Source: Utricularia gibba (taxonomy: Eukaryota; Plantae; Magnoliophyta). Taken from it: a stretch of DNA of 26,165 nucleotides. Each line of letters begins with the position of its first letter. The first letter of the stretch is position 1. The stretch lies in contig NEEC01000282.1 of the NCBI GenBank assembly GCA_002189035.1, positions 1 through 26,165 on the forward strand, in the 5' to 3' direction. Below, piece by piece: positions 9,325 through 23,234 of this stretch. The translations under genes and the position numbers were made by a program. Below the pieces are notes generated by a model, which saw only the letters and a program-made list of their open reading frames with translations, had not been told where the DNA came from and did no database searches.

Positions 9325-12300
9325 CTAGAGTCCATGGGTTGGACTTTACGGTCCTATGGACGTGCGCATCAGTGCTGGTCTAATCTCCACGCATCCTCAT
9401 ATCTTTCAACGGCCGCGATAATAGACCAACGGTCTCCTTGTCCAGTCCATTCGCTAAGGAGTCCAGAACACCTGAAGGTAACGGCAAAGCTTGCGAGGCC
9501 CGTCCAGCAACGGAGAAAAGAAAGGAAGTAGTGCGCATGGATGTGAACGCCTAAAAGAGCGTGGGAGTTTGCACTAGAGACCATCAACCCGTTGAATCGT
9601 GTCGATGCTTGAGGGAAGACGACCACCCATTCATCTTTGTACGTTGCATCGGACCTGGTTGAAAGTGAGGACGGAAAATTGGCTACACTCGTGAAGGTGC
9701 ACGAGCAGTATGCTCAATCGGATGATGGTCAAGCCGTTAGCATACGGAAAACACACTCGCGTGTTGCGCACGCGGCTTTAACTATTGCTTAACCGAGTGA
9801 TCCCTTCTCTATGTCCATCCACAATCTGGGTAAAAGGCATCCGGAGGTCAGGCATTGGAATGTCGTAAGGTATGAAGTATGCATGTTGCAAGGCGTGACC
9901 TGCTTGCGAAGCAATACCGATCCATTCCACGTTACCCGCTTCTTTGCAAAGCCTGGAGGGAGAATGGAATTTTGCATCAGGAGTGGATGCCATGGGGGTC
10001 GAATTATAAGGGGAGGTGTGCGTTTGTTCCGTGAGCTATGTGGATTCGAAGCACAAGTGCTGGGTGGTCGAGTTATGGACTTTGGGTTAGGAGTGGCTAC
10101 ACTCTGGATCCACGATCGATATGTTCTTCGATGCTCTATGACTCATTTCTCATTCAATGATGTCCACTCAATAGTAGCTTACGTGGCTCGCAACGTATGT
10201 TTGATATAGATGACATCCTTTAACCTGTATGGTCGAAGGTTTTCTCCTCCCAAACGTATAGCGGCATGCCCACTTTCGTGTCCAAATATTCAGGAGGTCG
10301 GGTGGTAGCCATCTAACGGCTGGATAGCACATCCACATCGTATGTGCTCCGTAGAATGAATCCGAAAATGTTAATGTTTCCAACGCACGTTGTTGGAGAT
10401 CGGGAAAGTACATGGAGTGTCCTTGGCCACATTCTAGTATTCATTGGATGCTGGCTGAGTTTGTTGCACAACAAAACACCCTCAAACGAGTAGCGATGGT
10501 GCACCATGATCCGCCATGGAGTGAACTCGTGACTCCTCTGCGTAAGTCTCACTTTGTTTCCATGGAAGATCATAAGGGAAAGCAATAGGAAAAACTAAGA
10601 AGTACTTGGTATCGTTGATGTTACAACCCTGCATCATTGATCCTGATGTACCCCCTTCGTATCGTTGGACGACACATCAGTGGTGAAGTACTTGGCTAGA
10701 GTCCATGGGTTGGACTTTACGGTCCTATGGACGTGCGCATCAGTGCTGGTCTAATCTCCACGCATCCTCATATCTTTCAACGGCCGCGATAATAGACCAA
10801 CGGTCTCCTTGTCCAGTCCATTCGCTAAGGAGTCCAGAACACCTGAAGGTAACGGCAAAGCTTGCGAGGCCCGTCCAGCAACGGAGAAAAGAAAGGAAGT
10901 AGTGCGCATGGATGTGAACGCCTAAAAGAGCGTGGGAGTTTGCACTAGAGACCATCAACCCGTTGAATCGTGTCGATGCTTGAGGGAAGACGACCACCCA
11001 TTCATCTTTGTACGTTGCATCGGACCTGGTTGAAAGTGAGGACGGAAAATTGGCTACACTCGTGAAGGTGCACGAGCAGTATGCTCAATCGGATGATGGT
11101 CAAGCCGTTAGCATACGGAAAACACACTCGCGTGTTGCGCACGCGGCTTTAACTATTGCTTAACCGAGTGATCCCTTCTCTATGTCCATCCACAATCTGG
11201 GTAAAAGGCATCCGGAGGTCAGGCATTGGAATGTCGTAAGGTATGAAGTATGCATGTTGCAAGGCGTGACCTGCTTGCGAAGCAATACCGATCCATTCCA
11301 CGTTACCCGCTTCTTTGCAAAGCCTGGAGGGAGAATGGAATTTTGCATCAGGAGTGGATGCCATGGGGGTCGAATTATAAGGGGAGGTGTGCGTTTGTTC
11401 CGTGAGCTATGTGGATTCGAAGCACAAGTGCTGGGTGGTCGAGTTATGGACTTTGGGTTAGGAGTGGCTACACTCTGGATCCACGACCGATATGTTCTTC
11501 GATGCTCTATGACTCATTTCTCATTCAATGATGTCCACTCAATAGTAGCTTACGTGGCTCGCAACGTATGTTTGATATAGATGACATCCTTTAACCTGTA
11601 TGGTCGAAGGTTTTCTCCTCCCAAACGTATAGCGGCATGCCCACTTTCGTGTCCAAATATTCAGGAGGTCGGGGTGGTAGCCATCTAACGGCTGGATAGC
11701 ACATCCACATCGTATGTGCTCCGTAGAATGAATCCGAAAATGTTAATGTTTCCAACGCACGTTGTTGGAGATCGGGAAAGTACATGGAGTGTCCTTGGCC
11801 ACATTCTAGTATTCATTGGATGCTGGCTGAGTTTGTTGCACAACAAAACACCCTCAAACGAGTAGCGATGGTGCACCATGATCCGCCATGGAGTGAACTC
11901 GTGACTCCTCTGCGTAAGTCTCACTTTGTTTCCATGGAAGATCATAAGGGAAAGCAATAGGAAAAACTAAGAAGTACTTGGTATCGTTGATGTTACAACC
12001 CTGCATCATTGATCCTGATGTACCCCTTCGTATCGTTGGACGACACATCAGTGGTGAAGTACTTGGCTAGAGTCCATGGGTTGGACTTTACGGTCCTATG
12101 GACGTGCGCATCAGTGCTGGTCTAATCTCCACGCATCCTCATATCTTTCAACGGCCGCGATAATAGACCAACGGTCTCCTTGTCCAGTCCATTCGCTAAG
12201 GAGTCCAGAACACCTGAAGGTAACGGCAAAGCTTGCGAGGCCCGTCCAGCAACGGAGAAAAGAAAGGAAGTAGTGCGCATGGATGTGAACGCCTAAAAGA

Positions 12301-15300
12301 GCGTGGGAGTTTGCACTAGAGACCATCAACCCGTTGAATCGTGTCGATGCTTGAGGAAGACGACCACCCATTCATCTTTGTACGTTGCATCGGACCTGGT
12401 TGAAAGTGAGGACGGAAAATTGGCTACACTCGTGAAGGTGCACGAGCAGTATGCTCAATCGGATGATGGTCAAGCCGTTAGCATACGGAAAACACACTCG
12501 CGTGTTGCGCACGCGGCTTTAACGATTGCTTAACCGAGTGATCCCTTCTCTATGTCCATCCACAATCTGGGTAAAAGGCATCCGGAGGTCAGGCATTGGA
12601 ATGTCGTAAGGTATGAAGTATGCATGTTGCAAGGCGTGACCTGCTTGCGAAGCAATACCGATCCATTCCACGTTACCCGCTTCTTTGCAAAGCCTGGAGG
12701 GAGAATGGAATTTTGCATCAGGAGTGGATGCCATGGGGGTCGAATTATAAGGGGAGGTGTGCGTTTGTTCCGTGAGCTATGTGGATTCGAAGCACAAGTG
12801 CTGGGTGGTCGAGTTATGGACTTTGGGTTAGGAGTGGCTACACTCTGGATCCACGACCGATATGTTCTTCGATGCTCTATGACTCATTTCTCATTCAATG
12901 ATGTCCACTCAATAGTAGCTTACGTGGCTCGCAACGTATGTTTGATATAGATGACATCCTTTAACCTGTATGGTCGAAGGTTTTCTCCTCCCAAACGTAT
13001 AGCGGCATGCCCACTTTCGTGTCCAAATATTCAGGAGGTCGGGGTGGTAGCCATCTAACGGCTGGATAGCACATCCACATCGTATGTGCTCCGTAGAATG
13101 AATCCGAAAATGTTAATGTTTCCAACGCACGTTGTTGGAGATCGGGAAAGTACATGGAGTGTCCTTGGCCACATTCTAGTATTCATTGGATGCTGGCTGA
13201 GTTTGTTGCACAACAAAACACCCTCAAACGAGTAGCGATGGTGCACCATGATCCGCCATGGAGTGAACTCGTGACTCCTCTGCGTAAGTCTCACTTTGTT
13301 TCCATGGAAGATCATAAGGGAAAGCAATAGGAAAAACTAAGAAGTACTTGGTATCGTTGATGTTACAACCCTGCATCATTGATCCTGATGTACCCCCTTC
13401 GTATCGTTGGACGACACATCAGTGGTGAAGTACTTGGCTAGAGTCCATGGGTTGGACTTTACGGTCCTATGGACGTGCGCATCAGTGCTGGTCTAATCTC
13501 CACGCATCCTCATATCTTTCAACGGCCGCGATAATAGACCAACGGTCTCCTTGTCCAGTCCATTCGCTAAGGAGTCCAGAACACCTGAAGGTAACGGCAA
13601 AGCTTGCGAGGCCCGTCCAGCAACGGAGAAAAGAAAGGAAGTAGTGCGCATGGATGTGAACGCCTAAAAGAGCGTGGGAGTTTGCACTAGAGACCATCAA
13701 CCCGTTGAATCGTGTCGATGCTTGAGGGAAGACGACCACCCATTCATCTTTGTACGTTGCATCGGACCTGGTTGAAAGTGAGGACGGAAAATTGGCTACA
13801 CTCGTGAAGGTGCACGAGCAGTATGCTCAATCGGATGATGGTCAAGCCGTTAGCATACGGAAAACACACTCGCGTGTTGCGCACGCGGCTTTAACGATTG
13901 CTTAACCGAGTGATCCCTTCTCTATGTCCATCCACAATCTGGGTAAAAGGCATCCGGAGGTCAGGCATTGGAATGTCGTAAGGTATGAAGTATGCATGTT
14001 GCAAGGCGTGACCTGCTTGCGAAGCAATACCGATCCATTCCACGTTACCCGCTTCTTTGCAAAGCCTGGAGGGAGAATGGAATTTTGCATCAGGAGTGGA
14101 TGCCATGGGGGTCGAATTATAAGGGGAGGTGTGCGTTTGTTCCGTGAGCTATGTGGATTCGAAGCACAAGTGCTGGGTGGTCGAGTTATGGACTTTGGGT
14201 TAGGAGTGGCTACACTCTGGATCCACGATCGATATGTTCTTCGATGCTCTATGACTCATTTCTCATTCAATGATGTCCACTCAATAGTAGCTTACGTGGC
14301 TCGCAACGTATGTTTGATATAGATGACATCCTTTAACCTGTATGGTCGAAGGTTTTCTCCTCCCAAACGTATAGCGGCATGCCCACTTTCGTGTCCAAAT
14401 ATTCAGGAGGTCGGGGTGGTAGCCATCTAACGGCTGGATAGCACATCCACATCGTATGTGCTCCGTAGAATGAATCCGAAAATGTTAATGTTTCCAACGC
14501 ACGTTGTTGGAGATCGGGAAAGTACATGGAGTGTCCTTGGCCACATTCTAGTATTCATTGGATGCTGGCTGAGTTTGTTGCACAACAAAACACCCTCAAA
14601 CGAGTAGCGATGGTGCACCATGATCCGCCATGGAGTGAACTCGTGACTCCTCTGCGTAAGTCTCACTTTGTTTCCATGGAAGATCATAAGGGAAAGCAAT
14701 AGGAAAAACTAAGAAGTACTTGGTATCGTTGATGTTACAACCCTGCATCATTGATCCTGATGTACCCCCTTCGTATCGTTGGACGACACATCAGTGGTGA
14801 AGTACTTGGCTAGAGTCCATGGGTTGGACTTTACGGTCCTATGGACGTGCGCATCAGTGCTGGTCTAATCTCCACGCATCCTCATATCTTTCAACGGCCG
14901 CGATAATAGACCAACGGTCTCCTTGTCCAGTCCATTCGCTAAGGAGTCCAGAACACCTGAAGGTAACGGCAAAGCTTGCGAGGCCCGTCCAGCAACGGAG
15001 AAAAGAAAGGAAGTAGTGCGCATGGATGTGAACGCCTAAAAGAGCGTGGGAGTTTGCACTAGAGACCATCAACCCGTTGAATCGTGTCGATGCTTGAGGG
15101 AAGACGACCACCCATTCATCTTTGTACGTTGCATCGGACCTGGTTGAAAGTGAGGACGGAAAATTGGCTACACTCGTGAAGGTGCACGAGCAGTATGCTC
15201 AATCGGATGATGGTCAAGCCGTTAGCATACGGAAAACACACTCGCGTGTTGCGCACGCGGCTTTAACTATTGCTTAACCGAGTGATCCCTTCTCTATGTC

Positions 15301-18300
15301 CATCCACAATCTGGGTAAAAGGCATCCGGAGGTCAGGCATTGGAATGTCGTAAGGTATGAAGTATGCATGTTGCAAGGCGTGACCTGCTTGCGAAGCAAT
15401 ACCGATCCATTCCACGTTACCCGCTTCTTTGCAAAGCCTGGAGGGAGAATGGAATTTTGCATCAGGAGTGGATGCCATGGGGGTCGAATTATAAGGGGAG
15501 TGTGCGTTTGTTCCGTGAGCTATGTGGATTCGAAGCACAAGTGCTGGGTGGTCGAGTTATGGACTTTGGGTTAGGAGTGGCTACACTCTGGATCCACGAT
15601 CGATATGTTCTTCGATGCTCTATGACTCATTTCTCATTCAATGATGTCCACTCAATAGTAGCTTACGTGGCTCGCAACGTATGTTTGATATAGATGACAT
15701 CCTTTAACCTGTATGGTCGAAGGTTTTCTCCTCCCAAACGTATAGCGGCATGCCCACTTTCGTGTCCAAATATTCAGGAGGTCGGGGTGGTAGCCATCTA
15801 ACGGCTGGATAGCACATCCACATCGTATGTGCTCCGTAGAATGAATCCGAAAATGTTAATGTTTCCAACGCACGTTGTTGGAGATCGGGAAAGTACATGG
15901 AGTGTCCTTGGCCACATTCTAGTATTCATTGGATGCTGGCTGAGTTTGTTGCACAACAAAACACCCTCAAACGAGTAGCGATGGTGCACCATGATCCGCC
16001 ATGGAGTGAACTCGTGACTCCTCTGCGTAAGTCTCACTTTGTTTCCATGGAAGATCATAAGGGAAAGCAATAGGAAAAACTAAGAAGTACTTGGTATCGT
16101 TGATGTTACAACCCTGCATCATTGATCCTGATGTACCCCCTTCGTATCGTTGGACGACACATCAGTGGTGAAGTACTTGGCTAGAGTCCATGGGTTGGAC
16201 TTTACGGTCCTATGGACGTGCGCATCAGTGCTGGTCTAATCTCCACGCATCCTCATATCTTTCAACGGCCGCGATAATAGACCAACGGTCTCCTTGTCCA
16301 GTCCATTCGCTAAGGAGTCCAGAACACCTGAAGGTAACGGCAAAGCTTGCGAGGCCCGTCCAGCAACGGAGAAAAGAAAGGAAGTAGTGCGCATGGATGT
16401 GAACGCCTAAAAGAGCGTGGGAGTTTGCACTAGAGACCATCAACCCGTTGAATCGTGTCGATGCTTGAGGGAAGACGACCACCCATTCATCTTTGTACGT
16501 TGCATCGGACCTGGTTGAAAGTGAGGACGGAAAATTGGCTACACTCGTGAAGGTGCACGAGCAGTATGCTCAATCGGATGATGGTCAAGCCGTTAGCATA
16601 CGGAAAACACACTCGCGTGTTGCGCACGCGGCTTTAACTATTGCTTAACCGAGTGATCCCTTCTCTATGTCCATCCACAATCTGGGTAAAAGGCATCCGG
16701 AGGTCAGGCATTGGAATGTCGTAAGGTATGAAGTATGCATGTTGCAAGGCGTGACCTGCTTGCGAAGCAATACCGATCCATTCCACGTTACCCGCTTCTT
16801 TGCAAAGCCTGGAGGGAGAATGGAATTTTGCATCAGGAGTGGATGCCATGGGGGTCGAATTATAAGGGGAGGTGTGCGTTTGTTCCGTGAGCTATGTGGA
16901 TTCGAAGCACAAGTGCTGGGTGGTCGAGTTATGGACTTTGGGTTAGGAGTGGCTACACTCTGGATCCACGACGATATGTTCTTCGATGCTCTATGACTCA
17001 TTTCTCATTCAATGATGTCCACTCAATAGTAGCTTACGTGGCTCGCAACGTATGTTTGATATAGATGACATCCTTTAACCTGTATGGTCGAAGGTTTTCT
17101 CCTCCCAAACGTATAGCGGCATGCCCACTTTCGTGTCCAAATATTCAGGAGGTCGGGGTGGTAGCCATCTAACGGCTGGATAGCACATCCACATCGTATG
17201 TGCTCCGTAGAATGAATCCGAAAATGTTAATGTTTCCAACGCACGTTGTTGGAGATCGGGAAAGTACATGGAGTGTCCTTGGCCACATTCTAGTATTCAT
17301 TGGATGCTGGCTGAGTTTGTTGCACAACAAAACACCCTCAAACGAGTAGCGATGGTGCACCATGATCCGCCATGGAGTGAACTCGTGACTCCTCTGCGTA
17401 AGTCTCACTTTGTTTCCATGGAAGATCATAAGGGAAAGCAATAGGAAAAACTAAGAAGTACTTGGTATCGTTGATGTTACAACCCTGCATCATTGATCCT
17501 GATGTACCCCCTTCGTATCGTTGGACGACACATCAGTGGTGAAGTACTTGGCTAGAGTCCATGGGTTGGACTTTACGGTCCTATGGACGTGCGCATCAGT
17601 GCTGGTCTAATCTCCACGCATCCTCATATCTTTCAACGGCCGCGATAATAGACCAACGGTCTCCTTGTCCAGTCCATTCGCTAAGGAGTCCAGAACACCT
17701 GAAGGTAACGGCAAAGCTTGCGAGGCCCGTCCAGCAACGGAGAAAAGAAAGGAAGTAGTGCGCATGGATGTGAACGCCTAAAAGAGCGTGGGAGTTTGCA
17801 CTAGAGACCATCAACCCGTTGAATCGTGTCGATGCTTGAGGGAAGACGACCACCCATTCATCTTTGTACGTTGCATCGGACCTGGTTGAAAGTGAGGACG
17901 GAAAATTGGCTACACTCGTGAAGGTGCACGAGCAGTATGCTCAATCGGATGATGGTCAAGCCGTTAGCATACGGAAAACACACTCGCGTGTTGCGCACGC
18001 GGCTTTAACTATTGCTTAACCGAGTGATCCCTTCTCTATGTCCATCCACAATCTGGGTAAAAGGCATCCGGAGGTCAGGCATTGGAATGTCGTAAGGTAT
18101 GAAGTATGCATGTTGCAAGGCGTGACCTGCTTGCGAAGCAATACCGATCCATTCCACGTTACCCGCTTCTTTGCAAAGCCTGGAGGGAGAATGGAATTTT
18201 GCATCAGGAGTGGATGCCATGGGGGTCGAATTATAAGGGGAGGTGTGCGTTTGTTCCGTGAGCTATGTGGATTCGAAGCACAAGTGCTGGGTGGTCGAGT

Positions 18301-20560
18301 TATGGACTTTGGGTTAGGAGTGGCTACACTCTGGATCCACGACCGATATGTTCTTCGATGCTCTATGACTCATTTCTCATTCAATGATGTCCACTCAATA
18401 GTAGCTTACGTGGCTCGCAACGTATGTTTGATATAGATGACATCCTTTAACCTGTATGGTCGAAGGTTTTCTCCTCCCAAACGTATAGCGGCATGCCCAC
18501 TTTCGTGTCCAAATATTCAGGAGGTCGGGGTGGTAGCCATCTAACGGCTGGATAGCACATCCACATCGTATGTGCTCCGTAGAATGAATCCGAAAATGTT
18601 AATGTTTCCAACGCACGTTGTTGGAGATCGGGAAAGTACATGGAGTGTCCTTGGCCACATTCTAGTATTCATTGGATGCTGGCTGAGTTTGTTGCACAAC
18701 AAAACACCCTCAAACGAGTAGCGATGGTGCACCATGATCCGCCATGGAGTGAACTCGTGACTCCTCTGCGTAAGTCTCACTTTGTTTCCATGGAAGATCA
18801 TAAGGGAAAGCAATAGGAAAAACTAAGAAGTACTTGGTATCGTTGATGTTACAACCCTGCATCATTGATCCTGATGTACCCCCTTCGTATCGTTGGACGA
18901 CACATCAGTGGTGAAGTACTTGGCTAGAGTCCATGGGTTGGACTTTACGGTCCTATGGACGTGCGCATCAGTGCTGGTCTAATCTCCACGCATCCTCATA
19001 TCTTTCAACGGCCGCGATAATAGACCAACGGTCTCCTTGTCCAGTCCATTCGCTAAGGAGTCCAGAACACCTGAAGGTAACGGCAAAGCTTGCGAGGCCC
19101 GTCCAGCAACGGAGAAAAGAAAGGAAGTAGTGCGCATGGATGTGAACGCCTAAAAGAGCGTGGGAGTTTGCACTAGAGACCATCAACCCGTTGAATCGTG
19201 TCGATGCTTGAGGGAAGACGACCACCCATTCATCTTTGTACGTTGCATCGGACCTGGTTGAAAGTGAGGACGGAAAATTGGCTACACTCGTAAAGGTGCA
19301 CGAGCAGTATGCTGAATCGGATGATGGTCAAGCCGTTAGCATACGGAAAACACACTCGCGTGTTGCGCACGCGGCTTTAACGATTGCTTAACCGAGTGAT
19401 CCCTTCTCTATGTCCATCCACAATCTGGGTAAAAGGCATCCGGAGGTCAGGCATTGGAATGTCGTAAGGTATGAAGTATGCATGTTGCAAGGCGTGACCT
19501 GCTTGCGAAGCAATACCGATCCATTCCACGTTACCCGCTTCTTTGCAAAGCCTGGAGGGAGAATGGAATTTTGCATCAGGAGTGGATGCCATGGGGGTCG
19601 AATTATAAGGGGAGGTGTGCGTTTGTTCCGTGAGCTATGTGGATTCGAAGCACAAGTGCTGGGTGGTCGAGTTATGGACTTTGGGTTAGGAGTGGCTACA
19701 CTCTGGATCCACGACCGATATGTTCTTCGATGCTCTATGACTCATTTCTCATTCAATGATGTCCACTCAATAGTAGCTTACGTGGCTCGCAACGTATGTT
19801 TGATATAGATGACATCCTTTAACCTGTATGGTCGAAGGTTTTCTCCTCCCAAACGTATAGCGGCATGCCCACTTCGTGTCCAAATATTCAGGAGGTCGGG
19901 GTGGTAGCCATCTAACGGCTGGATAGCACATCCACATCGTATGTGCTCCGTAGAATGAATCCGAAAATGTTAATGTTTCCAACGCACGTTGTTGGAGATC
20001 GGGAAAGTACATGGAGTGTCCTTGGCCACATTCTAGTATTCATTGGATGCTGGCTGAGTTTGTTGCACAACAAAACACCCTCAAACGAGTAGCGATGGTG
20101 CACCATGATCCGCCATGGAGTGAACTCGTGACTCCTCTGCGTAAGTCTCACTTTGTTTCCATGGAAGATCATAAGGGAAAGCAATAGGAAAAACTAAGAA
20201 GTACTTGGTATCGTTGATGTTACAACCCTGCATCATTGATCCTGATGTACCCCCTTCGTATCGTTGGACGACACATCAGTGGTGAAGTACTTGGTTAGAG
20301 TCCATGGGTTGGACTTTACGGTCCTATGGACGTGCGCATCAGTGCTGGTCTAATCTCCACGCATCCTCATATCTTTCAACGGCCGCGATAATAGACCAAC
20401 GGTCTCCTTGTCCAGTCCATTCGCTAAGGAGTCCAGAACACCTGAAGGTAACGGCAAAGCTTGCGAGGCCCGTCCAGCAACGGAGAAAAGAAAGGAAGTA
20501 GTGCGCATGGATGTGAACGCCTAAAAGAGCGTGGGAGTTTGCACTAGAGACCATCAACCC

Positions 20561-21865
20561 GTTGAATCGTGTCGATGCTTGAGGGAAGACGACCACCCAT
20601 TCATCTTGTACGTTGCATCGGACCTGGTTGAAAGTGAGGACGGAAAATTGGCTACACTCGTAAAGGTGCACGAGCAGTATGCTGAATCGGATGATGGTCA
20701 AGCCGTTAGCATACGGAACACACTCGCGTGTTGCGCACGCGGCTTTAACGATTGCTTAACCAAGTGATCCCTTCTCTATCTCCATCCACAATCTGGGTAA
20801 AAGGCATCCGGAGGTCAGGCATTGGAATGTCGTAAGGTATGAAGTATGCATGTTGCAAGGCGTGACCTGCTTGCGAAGCAATACCGATCCATTCCACGTT
20901 ACCCGCTTCTTTGCAAAGCCTGGAGGGAGAATGGAATTTTGCATCAGGAGTGGATGCCATGGGGGTCGAATTATAAGGGGAGTGTGCGTTTGTTCCGTGA
21001 GCTATGTGGATTCGAAGCACAAGTGCTGGGTGGTCGAGTTATGGACTTTGGGTTAGGAGTGGCTACACTCTGGATCCACGATCGATATGTTCTTCGATGC
21101 TCTATGACTCATTTCTCATTCAATGATGTCCACTCAATAGTAGCTTACGTGGCTCGCAACGTATGTTTGATATAGCATCCCTTTCGTGTCCAAATATTCA
21201 GGAGGTCGGGGTGGTAGCCATCTAACGGCTGGATAGCACATCCACATCGTATGTGCTCCGTAGAATGAATCCGAAAATGTTAATGTTTCCAACGCACGTT
21301 GTTGGATCGGGAAAGTACATGGAGTGTCCTTGGCCACATTCTAGTATTCATTGGATGCTGGCTGAGTTTGTTGCACAACAAAACACCCTCAAACGAGTAG
21401 CGATGGTGCACCATGATCCGCCATGGAGTGAACTCGTGACTCCTCTGCGTAAGTCTCACTTTGTTTCCATGGAAGATCATAAGGGAAAGCAATAGGAAAA
21501 ACTAAGAAGTATTGGTATCGTTGTGTTACAACCCTGCATCATTGATCCTGATGTACCCCCTTCGTATCGTTGGACGACACATCAGTGGTGAAGTACTTGG
21601 TAGAGTCCATGGGTTGGACTTTACGGTCCTATGGACGTGCGCATCAGTGCTGGTCTAATCTCCACGCATCCTCATATCTTTCAACGGCCGCGATAATAGA
21701 CCAACGGTCTCCTTGTCCAGTCCATTCGCTAAGGAGTCCAGAACACCTGAAGGTAACGGCAAAGCTTGCGAGGCCCGTCCAGCAACGGAGAAAAGAAAGG
21801 AAGTAGTGCGCATGGATGTGAACGCCTAAAAGAGCGTGGGAGTTTGCACTAGAGACCATCAACCC
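20561..21865. repeat. Shortened monomer (copy 16, 1,305 bp, haplotype B) with a net 58-bp internal deletion
   Basis: At ~21175-21181 it reads GATATAG-CATCCC-TTTCGTG, where other copies have 64 bp between GATATAG and TTTCGTG. A further 9 bp of small deletions account for the rest of the 67-bp deficit. Confidence 0.9.
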
Positions 21866-23234
21866 GTTGAATCGTGTCGATGCTTGAGGGAAGACGACCA
21901 CCCATTCATCTTTGTACGTTGCATCGGACCTGGTTGAAAGTGAGGACGGAAAATTGGCTACACTCGTAAAGGTGCACGAGCAGTATGCTGAATCGGATGA
22001 TGGTCAAGCCGTTAGCATACGGAAAACACACTCGCGTGTTGCGCACGCGGCTTTAACGATTGCTTAACCGAGTGATCCCTTCTCTATCTCCATCCACAAT
22101 CTGGGTAAAAGGCATCCGGAGGTCAGGCATTGGAATGTCGTAAGGTATGAAGTATGCATGTTGCAAGGCGTGACCTGCTTGCGAAGCAATACCGATCCAT
22201 TCCACGTTACCCGCTTCTTTGCAAAGCCTGGAGGGAGAATGGAATTTTGCATCAGGAGTGGATGCCATGGGGGTCGAATTATAAGGGGAGTGTGCGTTTG
22301 TTCCGTGAGCTATGTGGATTCGAAGCACAAGTGCTGGGTGGTCGAGTTATGGACTTTGGGTTAGGAGTGGCTACACTCTGGATCCACGATCGATATGTTC
22401 TTCGATGCTCTATGACTCATTTCTCATTCAATGATGTCCACTCAATAGTAGCTTACGTGGCTCGCAACGTATGTTTGATATAGATGACATCCTTTAACCT
22501 GTATGGTCGAAGGTTTTCTCCTCCCAAACGTATAGCGGCATGCCCACTTTCGTGTCCAAATATTCAGGAGGTCGGGGTGGTAGCCATCTAACGGCTGGAT
22601 AGCACATCCACATCGTATGTGCTCCGTAGAATGAATCCGAAAATGTTAATGTTTCCAACGCACGTTGTTGGAGATCGGGAAAGTACATGGAGTGTCCTTG
22701 GCCACATTCTAGTATTCATTGGATGCTGGCTGAGTTTGTTGCACAACAAAACACCCTCAAACGAGTAGCGATGGTGCACCATGATCCGCCATGGAGTGAA
22801 CTCGTGACTCCTCTGCGTAAGTCTCACTTTGTTTCCATGGAAGATCATAAGGGAAAGCAATAGGAAAAACTAAGAAGTATTGGTATCGTTGGTGTTACAA
22901 CCCTGCATCATTGATCCTGATGTACCCCCTTCGTATCGTTGGACGACACATCAGTGGTGAAGTACTTGGTTAGAGTCCATGGGTTGGACTTTACGGTCCT
23001 ATGGACGTGCGCATCAGTGCTGGTCTAATCTCCACGCATCCTCATATCTTTCAACGGCCGCGATAATAGACCAACGGTCTCCTTGTCCAGTCCATTCGCT
23101 AAGGAGTCCAGAACACCTGAAGGTAACGGCAAAGCTTGCGAGGCCCGTCCAGCAACGGAGAAAAGAAGGAAGTAGTGCGCATGGATGTGAACGCCTAAAA
23201 GAGCGTGGGAGTTTGCACTAGAGACCATCAACCC

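Larger units (their letters stand above)
8219..9590. repeat. Representative full-length 1,372-bp monomer (copy 7, haplotype A)
   Basis: No deletion relative to other copies; copies 11 and 14 are also 1,372 bp. The unit phase is arbitrary because no flank shows the true boundary. Confidence 0.95.

Noticed and set aside
8219-9590. Obelisk, viroid-like or HDV-like circular RNA
   Set aside because: I saw no genome-wide rod-like complementarity, no long Oblin or delta-antigen-type ORF, and no hammerhead core CTGATGA/CTGAAGA on either strand. This was checked by eye only.
8219-9590. Rolling-circle translation, since 1,372 is 1 mod 3 and reading would cycle through the frames
   Set aside because: All frames contain stops of all three types, so no single recoding would give continuous translation.
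9570-9600. Helitron 3' end (hairpin plus CTAG) giving a Helitron-derived tandem array
   Set aside because: The hairpin is only 4-5 bp, and none of the three CTAG sites in the unit is followed by the TC start expected at a head-to-tail junction.
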